DNA of 51,659 nt, taken from NCBI GenBank assembly GCA_016872815.1, contig VGYY01000001.1, forward strand, positions 1 through 51,659, given 5' to 3'. Position numbers and translations under genes: made by a program. Every line of letters starts with the position of its first letter. The first letter of the stretch is position 1. This stretch comes from Planctomycetota bacterium. Its GTDB lineage: Bacteria; Planctomycetota; B15-G4; SIAN01. The notes under the pieces were generated by a model, which was given only the letters and a program-made list of their open reading frames with translations, was not told the origin of the DNA and searched no databases. Positions 1-7,602 of this stretch are shown here, one piece after another.

Positions 1-914
1 CGGCGCGCCGCGACCTGCTGGAGCAGGCGCTCGCGGCGGCCGGGGCGGCGGTGACGGCCGCGCCGGACGAGTTTCGCGCGCGTCTGCTCGTGCAGGATCT
101 CGAGTTCGAGCTCGATCTGCGCGGGGCGCGGCAGCGTTACGCCGACGGTCCCGCGGAGGGCGCGGCCGGGAAGGTCCTTGCCGCGCGGGCGCTGCTCCCG
201 GAGCGGTCGCATGAGGCGAAGGCCCTGCTCGAGCAGGCGTTGCGCGAGGACGACGAACTGGCCTGGGCCCACTACGGGATCGCCTTCGTCGAGCACCGCG
301 ACGGCCACTCCGACCGCGCCCGCGAATGGTGCGAACGGGCGCTGCGCAAGGACCCGGGCCTGGTCGAGGCGCTGCGGCTGCTCGCCGAGCTCTGCGAGGG
401 GAGCGACCGCGCGCGCGCCATCCGTGCGCGCCGGCTGCTGGTGGAGATCTCCGGCGGCGACCTCGCCGAACGCCACGCGCTGGCGCAATTGCTGCTCGAG
501 GCGGACGATCGCAGCGACGCCACCGACGCCGCCGACGAGTTGAAGGCGATCATCGCCGCCATCGGCGAGCCGGCCGACGCGGAGGCGCGGGCGCTCGCGC
601 GCGATTGCTGGCTCGACCTCGGGACGTCGTACTCCCGCCGCAACAAGCCGGATCAGGCGATCGACTCCTGGCGGCGCGCGCTGGCGCTCGATCGCGACTT
701 CCTGCCGGCGCTGTTCAACATCGGCCTGGTCGAGCAGGGGCGCGGCGCCCTCCAGGCGGCGCTGGAGGCGTTCGAGGAGTACCTGGCGCGGGCCCAGGCG
801 TCGCCGCGGGCGCTTCCGGCCGACCAGGTGCTCGACCGCCACTTCTACGTGCCGAATCGCGTCCGCACGCTGCGCGAGCAGCTCGCGGCAGCGGCGGCCG
901 CCGCCGAGAAGTGA
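1..914 (+). CDS. TPR-repeat protein (5' end probably outside the window)
   Basis: ORF 51..914 whose frame stays open back to the window edge. Contains TPR-like helical pairs, e.g. AWAHYGIAFVEHRDGHSDRAREWCERALRKDP and LGTSYSRRNKPDQAIDSWRRALALDRDF. Confidence 0.6.
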   Translation, partial: ARRDLLEQALAAAGAAVTAAPDEFRARLLVQDLEFELDLRGARQRYADGPAEGAAGKVLAARALLPERSHEAKALLEQALREDDELAWAHYGIAFVEHRDGHSDRAREWCERALRKDPGLVEALRLLAELCEGSDRARAIRARRLLVEISGGDLAERHALAQLLLEADDRSDATDAADELKAIIAAIGEPADAEARALARDCWLDLGTSYSRRNKPDQAIDSWRRALALDRDFLPALFNIGLVEQGRGALQAALEAFEEYLARAQASPRALPADQVLDRHFYVPNRVRTLREQLAAAAAAAEK

Positions 915-921
915 TGCCGCC

Positions 922-1380
922 ATGATCGCGGTGGTGCAGCGGGTCACGGAAGGGGAGGTGACCGTCGACGGCGCCGTCACCGGCCGCGTCGGGCGGGGCT
1001 TCGTCGTGCTGCTCGGCGTGGCGCAAGGGGATGGCGAGCGGGAGGCCGACTACCTGGCGCGCCGGATCCATGAGCTGCGCGTGTTCGAGGACGCCGGGGG
1101 AAAGATGAATCTGGCGCTGGCGGACGTCGCCGGCGGCGTGCTGGCGGTGTCGCAGTTCACGCTGCTGGCGGGGCTCGCGCGCGGTCGTCGGCCGGACTTC
1201 CTCGCGGCCGCGCCGCCCGAAGAAGGGAAGCGCTGGTTCGAGCGGTTCGTCGAACTGCTGCGCCAGCGCGGGATCGAGGTGCAGACCGGCGTGTTCGGCG
1301 CAACGATGGCGGTGCGGCTGGTCAATGCAGGACCGGCGACCTTCATCCTCGACACGCGCCAATTGCTGCCGCCGGCCTGA
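922..1380 (+). CDS. dtd: D-aminoacyl-tRNA deacylase
   Basis: 152 aa. MIAVVQRV...GRGFVVLLGV...VSQFTL...P.F...A family pattern over the full length. Confidence 0.9.
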   Translation: MIAVVQRVTEGEVTVDGAVTGRVGRGFVVLLGVAQGDGEREADYLARRIHELRVFEDAGGKMNLALADVAGGVLAVSQFTLLAGLARGRRPDFLAAAPPEEGKRWFERFVELLRQRGIEVQTGVFGATMAVRLVNAGPATFILDTRQLLPPA

Positions 1381-2125
1381 ACGCCGCGAGCAGCGCCGGC
1401 CCGCCGACCGCGACGAGCTCGGCGGCGAGCGCCGCCCACTCGCGCTGCTGCCGGAATCGGCGCCACGGCCAGCTTCGGCGGCGGGCGAACGGCGAGTCGA
1501 TCTTGGCCAGGCTGCCGTCGTCGGCGACGAGGAAGTTGCGCAGGTGCAGGTCGCGATCGACGAACCCGGCGCGGTGCCAGGCCGCGACGTGGTCGGCGAG
1601 GCGGGTGACGAGCGCGACGCGTTCGCCGGCGCGGGCCGCGTCGGCGAGGCAGCGGTCGAGCGGCAGCGACGGCAGCTCGCGCAGGCAGAGGAACGAGTCG
1701 AGCAGGAACCCGGCGCGACGGCGCTCGCCGAAGGCGACGAAGAGGCGAGGTTGCAGGCCGAGCGCGGCCAGCTGCTCGAGCGCGCGCGCCTCGCCCTCGA
1801 CCCGCGACCGGGCGAGGCAGGTGGTGCGCAGGAAACCGCGCCAGCGGTCGGCGGCGGTCGGGTACCAGAATCGCTTGCGGATCAGCGGACCGGCCGCCGT
1901 CACGCCGGCCGGGGTGAGACGGGCGACGTCCCCGGTGCGGTGGCGCTTGAACACTGCCGCCGCCTGCTCGCTCCACTCGGTGTAGGTCGCCTCGGCCCGG
2001 TCGGTGGCGACCTCGTGCCACGCCGCTCCGGCGGTTGCCACGACGACGCGAAAGCGGTCGCCGGCGACGGTCCGATCTGGCGGCGGGTCGCGGCTGCAAG
2101 TGCTTGGTTGACAAAGAGTTGGCAA
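1343..2125 (-). CDS. Lipopolysaccharide kinase (Kdo/WaaP/InaA) family protein; start uncertain
   Basis: 260-aa ORF with a kinase catalytic-loop-like FVDRDLHLRNFLV...KIDSP. The only far-upstream start is a TTG at 2125, inside the candidate hup promoter. The 3' end overlaps dtd by 38 nt. Confidence 0.5.
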   Translation of the reverse strand: MPTLCQPSTCSRDPPPDRTVAGDRFRVVVATAGAAWHEVATDRAEATYTEWSEQAAAVFKRHRTGDVARLTPAGVTAAGPLIRKRFWYPTAADRWRGFLRTTCLARSRVEGEARALEQLAALGLQPRLFVAFGERRRAGFLLDSFLCLRELPSLPLDRCLADAARAGERVALVTRLADHVAAWHRAGFVDRDLHLRNFLVADDGSLAKIDSPFARRRSWPWRRFRQQREWAALAAELVAVGGPALLAAFRPAAAIGACRG

Positions 2126-2135
2126 GAGCTAGGTT
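2108..2135 (+). promoter_or_regulatory. sigma70-like promoter candidate for the HU/IHF gene (TTGACA-16 nt-TAGGTT)
   Basis: -35 TTGACA at 2108-2113 and -10 TAGGTT at 2130-2135, in a local low-GC pocket about 100 nt upstream of the ATG at 2240. Confidence 0.35.
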
Positions 2136-2239
2136 GCCCGTGGAAAAGCGGCAGAAAACAACGGGGTCTGACGGGTCGGCGAGAGGACCCATCCCGGGGT
2201 GTGCCGCCGCCGGCGTGATTCGATGGGCAGGGGCGGAAG

Positions 2240-2620
2240 ATGGCGACGATCACCAAGAAAGAACTGGTCAATCGGATCGCCGACAAGACCGGCCAGACCA
2301 AGATCATCGCCAAGGAGATCCTGCAGACGTTCCTCGACGAGATCGTGCGCGAACTGGCGCTGGGCAACCGGCTCGAATTCCGCGACTTCGGCGTGTTCGA
2401 GGTGAAGCCGCGCCGCGCCCGCCGTGCGCAGAACCCGCGCACCCTGCAGAAGGTCGAGGTGCCGCCGAAGCATGTCGTCAAGTTCAAGGTCGGCCGCGTG
2501 ATGCGCGACCAGGTCAGCGCCGGCCTCGATCGGCAGGAGCGGTCGCGCGCGGCAGCGGCGGCCGACGGCAAGGCGCGCCCGCTCACGGGCGACGGCAAGG
2601 CGCCCGCCGCCGGCGGTTGA
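2240..2620 (+). CDS. HU/IHF-family DNA-binding protein with a C-terminal Ala/Gly/Arg-rich tail
   Basis: 126 aa. ITKKELVNRIA...RLEFRDFGVFEVKPRRARRAQNPRT...VVKFKVG matches the HU/IHF fold, followed by about 35 extra residues. Confidence 0.88.
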   Translation: MATITKKELVNRIADKTGQTKIIAKEILQTFLDEIVRELALGNRLEFRDFGVFEVKPRRARRAQNPRTLQKVEVPPKHVVKFKVGRVMRDQVSAGLDRQERSRAAAAADGKARPLTGDGKAPAAGG

Positions 2621-2679
2621 AGTTCCGTCGTCCCGGCCGGCGCGACGGCGCCGCAGCCGGCCGAATCCGGCGCCGGCCA

Positions 2680-2697
2680 GCACGCTGATCAGCGTGC
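2680..2697. terminator. Perfect 18-nt palindrome between convergent genes (possible bidirectional terminator hairpin)
   Basis: GCACGCTGA|TCAGCGTGC. It overlaps the stop codon of the minus-strand PLP enzyme gene. No U-tract. Confidence 0.25.
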
Positions 2698-3870
2698 CTC
2701 GATCGCCTGTTTCAGGTCGCGTTCGAGATCCTCCGCGTCCTCGACGCCGCACGAGATCCGCAGCAGGCCGTCGTCGAGCCCGCGCGCCCGTCGCAGCTCG
2801 GCCGGGATCGACGCGTGCGTCATGCTCGGCGGATGCTCGATCAGCGACTCGACGCCGCCGAGGCTCTCGGCGCAGGCGAAGAGGCGGGTGCGCGCCGCGA
2901 CCCGGCGCCCGCGTTCGACGTTGCCGCGCACGACGAACGAGATCATCCCGCCGAAGCCGTTCATCTGCGCGGCGGCGACGGCGTGACCGGGGTGGTCCCT
3001 CAGTCCGGGGAAGTGCACCTTGGTCACTTCCGGGTGCGCGACGAGGAAGCGGGCGATGCGGGCCGCGGTCTGGCAGTGGCGCTCCATGCGGAGATGGAGC
3101 GTCTTCGTGCCGCGCAGCACGAGGAAGCAGTCCTGCGGTCCCGGCACCGCACCGACGGCGTTCTGGAAGAACGCGAGCCGCGAGTGGAGTTCATCGTCGT
3201 TGACGATGAGCGCCCCGCCGATCACGTCGGAATGGCCGCCGAGGTACTTGGTCAGGCTGTGGATGACGATGTCGCAGCCGAGCTCGAGCGGGCGCTGCAG
3301 GAATGGCGTGGCGAAGGTGTTGTCGCAGACGACCCGCGCGCCCGCGGCGTGCGCGATCCGGCTCACCGCCCGCAGGTCGCAGATCTTGAGCAGCGGGTTG
3401 GTCGGCGTCTCGGCGAAGACGAAACGGGTCTCCGGCCGGATCGCACGGCGGAGCGCGTCGAGGTCGGCGAGGTCGACGTAGCTGAAGGTCACGCCGAAGC
3501 CGGCGTAGAGCCGCTCGAACAGCCGCCAGGTGCCGCCGTAGAGATCGTCACCCGCCACCACGTGGTCGCCGCTCTTCAGCAGGTTGAGGATGGTGTTGAT
3601 CGCGGCGAGACCGCTGGCGAAACAGAGCCCGTGGCGGCCGCTCTCCAGCGCGGCGAGGTTGCGCTCGAGCGCGAGGCGGGTCGGGTTCTTGGTGCGCGCG
3701 TACTCGTAGCCGTCGATCGGTTCGGCGGGAGCGCGTTGACGGTACGTCGAGTTCTGGTAGATCGGCACCATCAGCGCGCCGGTGAGCGGGTCGGGTGGCT
3801 GACCGGCGTGGACGGCGCGGGTGCCGAAACCGTCGCGGGATTCGGCGCTGGCGTCGGGCGAGGAGTTCAT
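2689..3870 (-). CDS. Cys/Met-metabolism PLP-dependent enzyme (cystathionine gamma-synthase/lyase family)
   Basis: GTRAVHAG..., NPT..ALE, and SLTKYLGGHSD with the PLP lysine. I chose the start at MNSSPDAS (ATG 3870) over the Arg-rich upstream extension to 3996. Confidence 0.85.
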   Translation of the reverse strand: MNSSPDASAESRDGFGTRAVHAGQPPDPLTGALMVPIYQNSTYRQRAPAEPIDGYEYARTKNPTRLALERNLAALESGRHGLCFASGLAAINTILNLLKSGDHVVAGDDLYGGTWRLFERLYAGFGVTFSYVDLADLDALRRAIRPETRFVFAETPTNPLLKICDLRAVSRIAHAAGARVVCDNTFATPFLQRPLELGCDIVIHSLTKYLGGHSDVIGGALIVNDDELHSRLAFFQNAVGAVPGPQDCFLVLRGTKTLHLRMERHCQTAARIARFLVAHPEVTKVHFPGLRDHPGHAVAAAQMNGFGGMISFVVRGNVERGRRVAARTRLFACAESLGGVESLIEHPPSMTHASIPAELRRARGLDDGLLRISCGVEDAEDLERDLKQAIEAR

Positions 3871-3969
3871 GGGCGCGGAGTGTAGCCGACCCCCGGATCG
3901 GGTCGTGGCAGCGGCGGGCCGGTCGCGCGTCGAACGGCGCGGAGATCGGCGCGTGCGGCGCCGGCCGCC

Positions 3970-6036
3970 ATGAAGAGCTCGCTCGAGACGCTCCAATGGG
4001 AGCGCGCGTGCGCGCTGCTCGCTGCGGCAGCGGAGAGTCCGCTCGGTCAGCGGCTCCTGCGCGGACTGGTGCCGTTCCGTTCACAGGAGGCGCTGGCGGA
4101 AGCCGCGGAAGCGGTCGCCGAGGCGGGCGGCATGGTGCAGCTCCAGGTCGCGCCTTCGTTCACGCGCATCGAGGAAATCGCGCCGCTGCTCGAAGTGGCG
4201 CGCCAGCGGGCAGCGGGTCTCGACGGGCGCGAACTGGCGCACGTGCTGGCGTCGGTCAAGGCGGGGGAGTACGTCCGGCAGCGGCTGGCGGGGCGCGCGG
4301 GTGCGCCGCGACTCACCGCTCGGGCGAAGGCGATCCCCGACCTGCAGCGGCTGGTCGCGCTGCTGGAGCAGACGGTGGACGCCGCCGGCGCGGTCCTCGA
4401 CGAGGCGGCCCCGGAACTCGCCGAACTGCGGCGCGAGCTCGCGCCGGTCGAACGGCGGGTCCGCGAACTGGCGCTCGATCTCGCCGCACGGCCGGAGTGG
4501 CGCACGCACCTCCGGGAGGGGCCGCCGGTGCTGCGGGACGGCCGCTTCATGCTGGCGGTCCGCGCCGAGGCGCGCGGCCGCATCCACGGCATCCTGCACG
4601 ATCGCTCGACCTCCGGCGAGACGGTCTTCATCGAGCCGGAGGAGCTGCTCGAGCCGCAGAACCGGCTGGCCGAGCTGCGCGCGCGCGAGCGGCGCTGGGT
4701 CGACCGCATCCTCCTCGAGCGGACACGCGAACTGCTCCGCCACGAAGCGCCGCTGCACGAAGCGCAACGGCAGCTCGCGAGCCTCGACGGCCTGTTCGCG
4801 CGCGCCCGCTTCGGTCGCAGCCTCGGTGCCCGCAGCGTGCCGGTGGCGGCCGATGGCGTGCTCGTGCTGCGGCGCGCCTATCACCCGCTCCTGCTGCACG
4901 CCGCCGGCCCGGCCGGGCGCGAGTCGATCGTGCCGTTCGATCTCGAGCTCGGGCGCGAGTTCGATGCGCTGGTCATCAGCGGGCCGAACACGGGGGGCAA
5001 GACCGCAACCTTGAAGGCGGTCGGCATGCTGGTCGCCCTCGCGCTGGCGGCCGTCCCGATCCCGGTCGATGCCGGCAGCGCGGTGCCGTGGTTCGACGAG
5101 GTCCACGCCGACATCGGCGACGAACAGGATCTGGCGAGCAACCTCTCGACCTTCTCCGGTCACCTGCGGCGGATCGCCGACATGCTGGCACGGGTCACCC
5201 CGCGCGGGCTGGTGCTGCTCGACGAACTCGGTACCGGGACCGAGCCGAAGGAGGGGGAGGCGCTCGGACGGGCGCTGCTGCTCGCTCTGCAGGCGCGCGG
5301 AGCGAAGATCGTCGCGACGACCCACCTGTCGGGACTGAAGGACCTCGGCTTCGAGGTGGCGCGCATCGAGAACGCCTCGCTCGAGTTCGACGGCGACACG
5401 TTGCGGCCCCTCTACCGGCTCACGCTCGGCCTGCCGGGCGAGAGCAACGCACTCAAGATCGCCCGCCGCCATGGCATCCCCGCCGCGATCGTCGAGCAGG
5501 CCGATGCCTGGCTCCACGGCGGTCGCGGCAGCGAGGCCGCGCGGGCGCGGGAACAGGCGGCGCGAGCGCGTTCCGCCGCTCTCCACCATCTCGAGCAGGC
5601 GGAGGCGTCACGCAAGGACGCCGAGGTCGAGCGCGAGAAGTTGCGCCGCGCCGATGCGGCGCTCGCCGAGCGTGGCGTGCGACTGGCGGCGGAGCGCGAC
5701 CAGGAAGTCGCGAGCGCATTGAGCGAGGCCCGCGCCAGCGGCCGGACGCTCCTCGCGGCGCTGGGCAGCGTCCCGGTGGCACTGGCCGCGCGGATCGAGG
5801 CGCTGCGCGAGTGGGTCGAGCGCCTGCCGGAACGCGCGCCGCTGTCGGAGCGCCGGCGCGCCTACCTCGCGACCCTGCGCAAGGGGGACGCCGTGTTCCT
5901 GCCGCGCTATCGCGAGCATTGCGTGATCCGCAAGGTCGACCCGGCGCGCGGCCTGATCACCGTCCTCTATCGCAGCCTTCCCGTCGAGATCTCGAGCGAC
6001 GAGATCCAGCTGCCGGAGCCAATGCCGGGCGGATGA
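3970..6036 (+). CDS. mutS2: MutS2-family ATPase lacking a C-terminal Smr domain
   Basis: 688 aa. Walker A GPNTGGKTATLK, LVLLDELGTGTEP, a long coiled-coil and a KOW-like C-terminus. No Smr-like sequence before the stop. Confidence 0.85.
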   Translation: MKSSLETLQWERACALLAAAAESPLGQRLLRGLVPFRSQEALAEAAEAVAEAGGMVQLQVAPSFTRIEEIAPLLEVARQRAAGLDGRELAHVLASVKAGEYVRQRLAGRAGAPRLTARAKAIPDLQRLVALLEQTVDAAGAVLDEAAPELAELRRELAPVERRVRELALDLAARPEWRTHLREGPPVLRDGRFMLAVRAEARGRIHGILHDRSTSGETVFIEPEELLEPQNRLAELRARERRWVDRILLERTRELLRHEAPLHEAQRQLASLDGLFARARFGRSLGARSVPVAADGVLVLRRAYHPLLLHAAGPAGRESIVPFDLELGREFDALVISGPNTGGKTATLKAVGMLVALALAAVPIPVDAGSAVPWFDEVHADIGDEQDLASNLSTFSGHLRRIADMLARVTPRGLVLLDELGTGTEPKEGEALGRALLLALQARGAKIVATTHLSGLKDLGFEVARIENASLEFDGDTLRPLYRLTLGLPGESNALKIARRHGIPAAIVEQADAWLHGGRGSEAARAREQAARARSAALHHLEQAEASRKDAEVEREKLRRADAALAERGVRLAAERDQEVASALSEARASGRTLLAALGSVPVALAARIEALREWVERLPERAPLSERRRAYLATLRKGDAVFLPRYREHCVIRKVDPARGLITVLYRSLPVEISSDEIQLPEPMPGG

Positions 6037-6087
6037 GGGCAGCCGCCGGTTGTGGTGTCGCGGCGGCGGCGGTACAACCCGTCGGGC

Positions 6088-6534
6088 ATGGCGGACCTCG
6101 GGCGGCGAATCGCTCCGGTTGCGGGATCGCGGCACCTTCTCGTCGTCGAGGATGAAGAGGTGATCGCGTGCCTGCTCGCCGACGTCCTGTCGCTCGGCGG
6201 CTATCGCGTCACGACGTGCGGCACCGTCGGTGCAGCCCTCGAGGCGCTGGCCGCGAATCCCGACTTCGCCCTCTGCATCTCCGATTTCCTCCTGCCTGAC
6301 CGGACCGGCCTCGATCTGGCGCGCGAGCTGCACCGGCTGCGACCCGAGCTGCGGATGGTGCTCGCGTCGGCGTTCCTCGAGAGCGAGGTCGAGGAGCTGG
6401 TCGCGAGCGAGCCGGCGGTGGCGCTGGTGGTGCGCAAGCCGGTCGATGTGTTTGCGCTGCGAGCGCAGATCGACGCGCTGGTGGCGGCCGGTGGGGGAGC
6501 GGCGGAGGGCGCCGCCGTGGCGCTCGGCGGTTGA
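6088..6534 (+). CDS. Stand-alone response-regulator receiver domain (CheY-like)
   Basis: LLVVEDEE, ISDFLLPDRTG (phospho-Asp context), LASAF and RKP motifs. No output domain. Alternative GTG start at 6052. Confidence 0.75.
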   Translation: MADLGRRIAPVAGSRHLLVVEDEEVIACLLADVLSLGGYRVTTCGTVGAALEALAANPDFALCISDFLLPDRTGLDLARELHRLRPELRMVLASAFLESEVEELVASEPAVALVVRKPVDVFALRAQIDALVAAGGGAAEGAAVALGG

Positions 6535-6558
6535 CTGCCACGGGCACGCCGCTAGCCT
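6531..6558 (+). promoter_or_regulatory. sigma70-like promoter candidate for the tRNA-tuf unit (TTGACT-16 nt-TAGCCT)
   Basis: -35 at 6531-6536, overlapping the receiver gene stop codon. -10 at 6553-6558, about 150 nt upstream of tRNA-Thr. Confidence 0.3.
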
Positions 6559-6711
6559 GCCGCGCTTCGCCGAGGGTCTCGAAACGCATGCATCGGCGGG
6601 ACGCTGCCGGACCGGCGGTGCTCCTGCGATGCGGGCGTCGAAGCCGCGGCGGCCGGGTGGCGAGAGTCATTCCGCAGCCGTGTGCTTTCCGGTCGTGCTC
6701 ACCGGCGGATC

Positions 6712-6787
6712 GCTGGCGTGGCTCAACTGGCAGAGCCCCCGCTTTGTAAGCGGGTGGTTGCGGGTTCGATTCCCGCCGCCAGCTCCA
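6712..6787 (+). tRNA. tRNA-Thr (anticodon UGU), CCA encoded
   Basis: Manual cloverleaf: acceptor GCTGGCG/CGCCAGC, D stem GCTC/GAGC, anticodon stem CCCGC/GCGGG with loop TTTGTAA, T arm GCGGG-TTCGATT-CCCGC. Confidence 0.95.
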
Positions 6788-6847
6788 TGCCGTGCCGGCG
6801 CTTCCTTCGCCCTCCGTGGGCGCGGCGACTCGAACACGATCCGACTG

Positions 6848-6932
6848 GGGGAGATACCCAAGCGGTCAAAGGGGACGGACTGTAAATCCGTTGCCACTGG
6901 CTTCGCAGGTTCGAATCCTGCTCTCCCCACCA
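6848..6932 (+). tRNA. tRNA-Tyr (anticodon GUA), long variable arm, CCA encoded
   Basis: Acceptor GGGGAGA/TCTCCCC, anticodon stem ACGGA/TCCGT with loop CTGTAAA, T arm GCAGG-TTCGAAT-CCTGC. Confidence 0.95.
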
Positions 6933-7220
6933 CCATTCGCCTGGCGCCGGGTGGCCGCGCGGGCCGGCGCCGCGGTCTCCGCGGCGAAGCGGCGTCCGCG
7001 ACGAAGTGAAGTGAACCGATGGCGGCAAGTGGCGGCGACCGCCGCCGTCGCGGTGCGCGGACCCGGCCCGCCGGCCGGTCCCGCGCGACGATTCCCGACT
7101 GCGCCGCTGTGGCCGACCTCGTTCCCGGGCCGCGCCGCTCGAGTCACGGTGAGGTGCACGCAGCGATCCCTTCGGTAAGGTCTTCGGCCGCGGGCGCCAA
7201 GCCAAGGCCATGCAAGATGT

Positions 7221-7295
7221 GCGGGTGTAGCTCAATGGTAGAGCGCCAGCCTTCCAAGCTGGCTGTTGAGGGTTCAATTCCCTTCACCCGCTCCA
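7221..7295 (+). tRNA. tRNA-Gly (anticodon UCC), CCA encoded
   Basis: Acceptor GCGGGTG/CACCCGC, D stem GCTC/GAGC, anticodon stem CCAGC/GCTGG with loop CTTCCAA, T arm GAGGG-TTCAATT-CCCTT. Confidence 0.95.
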
Positions 7296-7602
7296 TCCTC
7301 GAAGAATCTCGCGAGTCGGGCGACTGCCCTCTTGCGCAGCGGCCCTCGAACGGAGAGTATTCTGCGCCCTTTCGCCGCCCGCCTCCGCGGGTGACGTGAG
7401 AGGGGCAGTAGTTCCTGCAGTTTTCCATCCATAGGCGGCGCGCGTCGTCTGCATTCCTTCCGGGGAACCGCTGTTCCCGGATCGCGACGGACGACACGCA
7501 GGAGTTGTTGGCCGCACGGGCGGGGAGCCGCAGCAGCGGGCGTTCGATCCGAAGATCGCGACCACGGCCTCCAGGGCCGGAGATCAGGAGAGCAAAGGTC
7601 CC

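Noticed and set aside
3795-6155. 786-aa Arg/Gly/Ala-rich ORF overlapping mutS2, and 502-aa antisense ORF 4081..5589
   Set aside because: Extreme Arg/Gly/Ala/Pro composition and no motifs. The frame at 3970..6036 carries the MutS2 Walker motifs.
6933-7220. Possible degenerate fourth tRNA or small ORF (6866..7159 -, 7019..7399 +) in the Tyr-Gly spacer
   Set aside because: No T-loop (GTTCRANYC) or acceptor-stem complementarity was found by eye. The ORFs are Arg/Ala/Gly-rich shadows that overlap tRNA genes. I kept the region only as an unexplained spacer in the findings.
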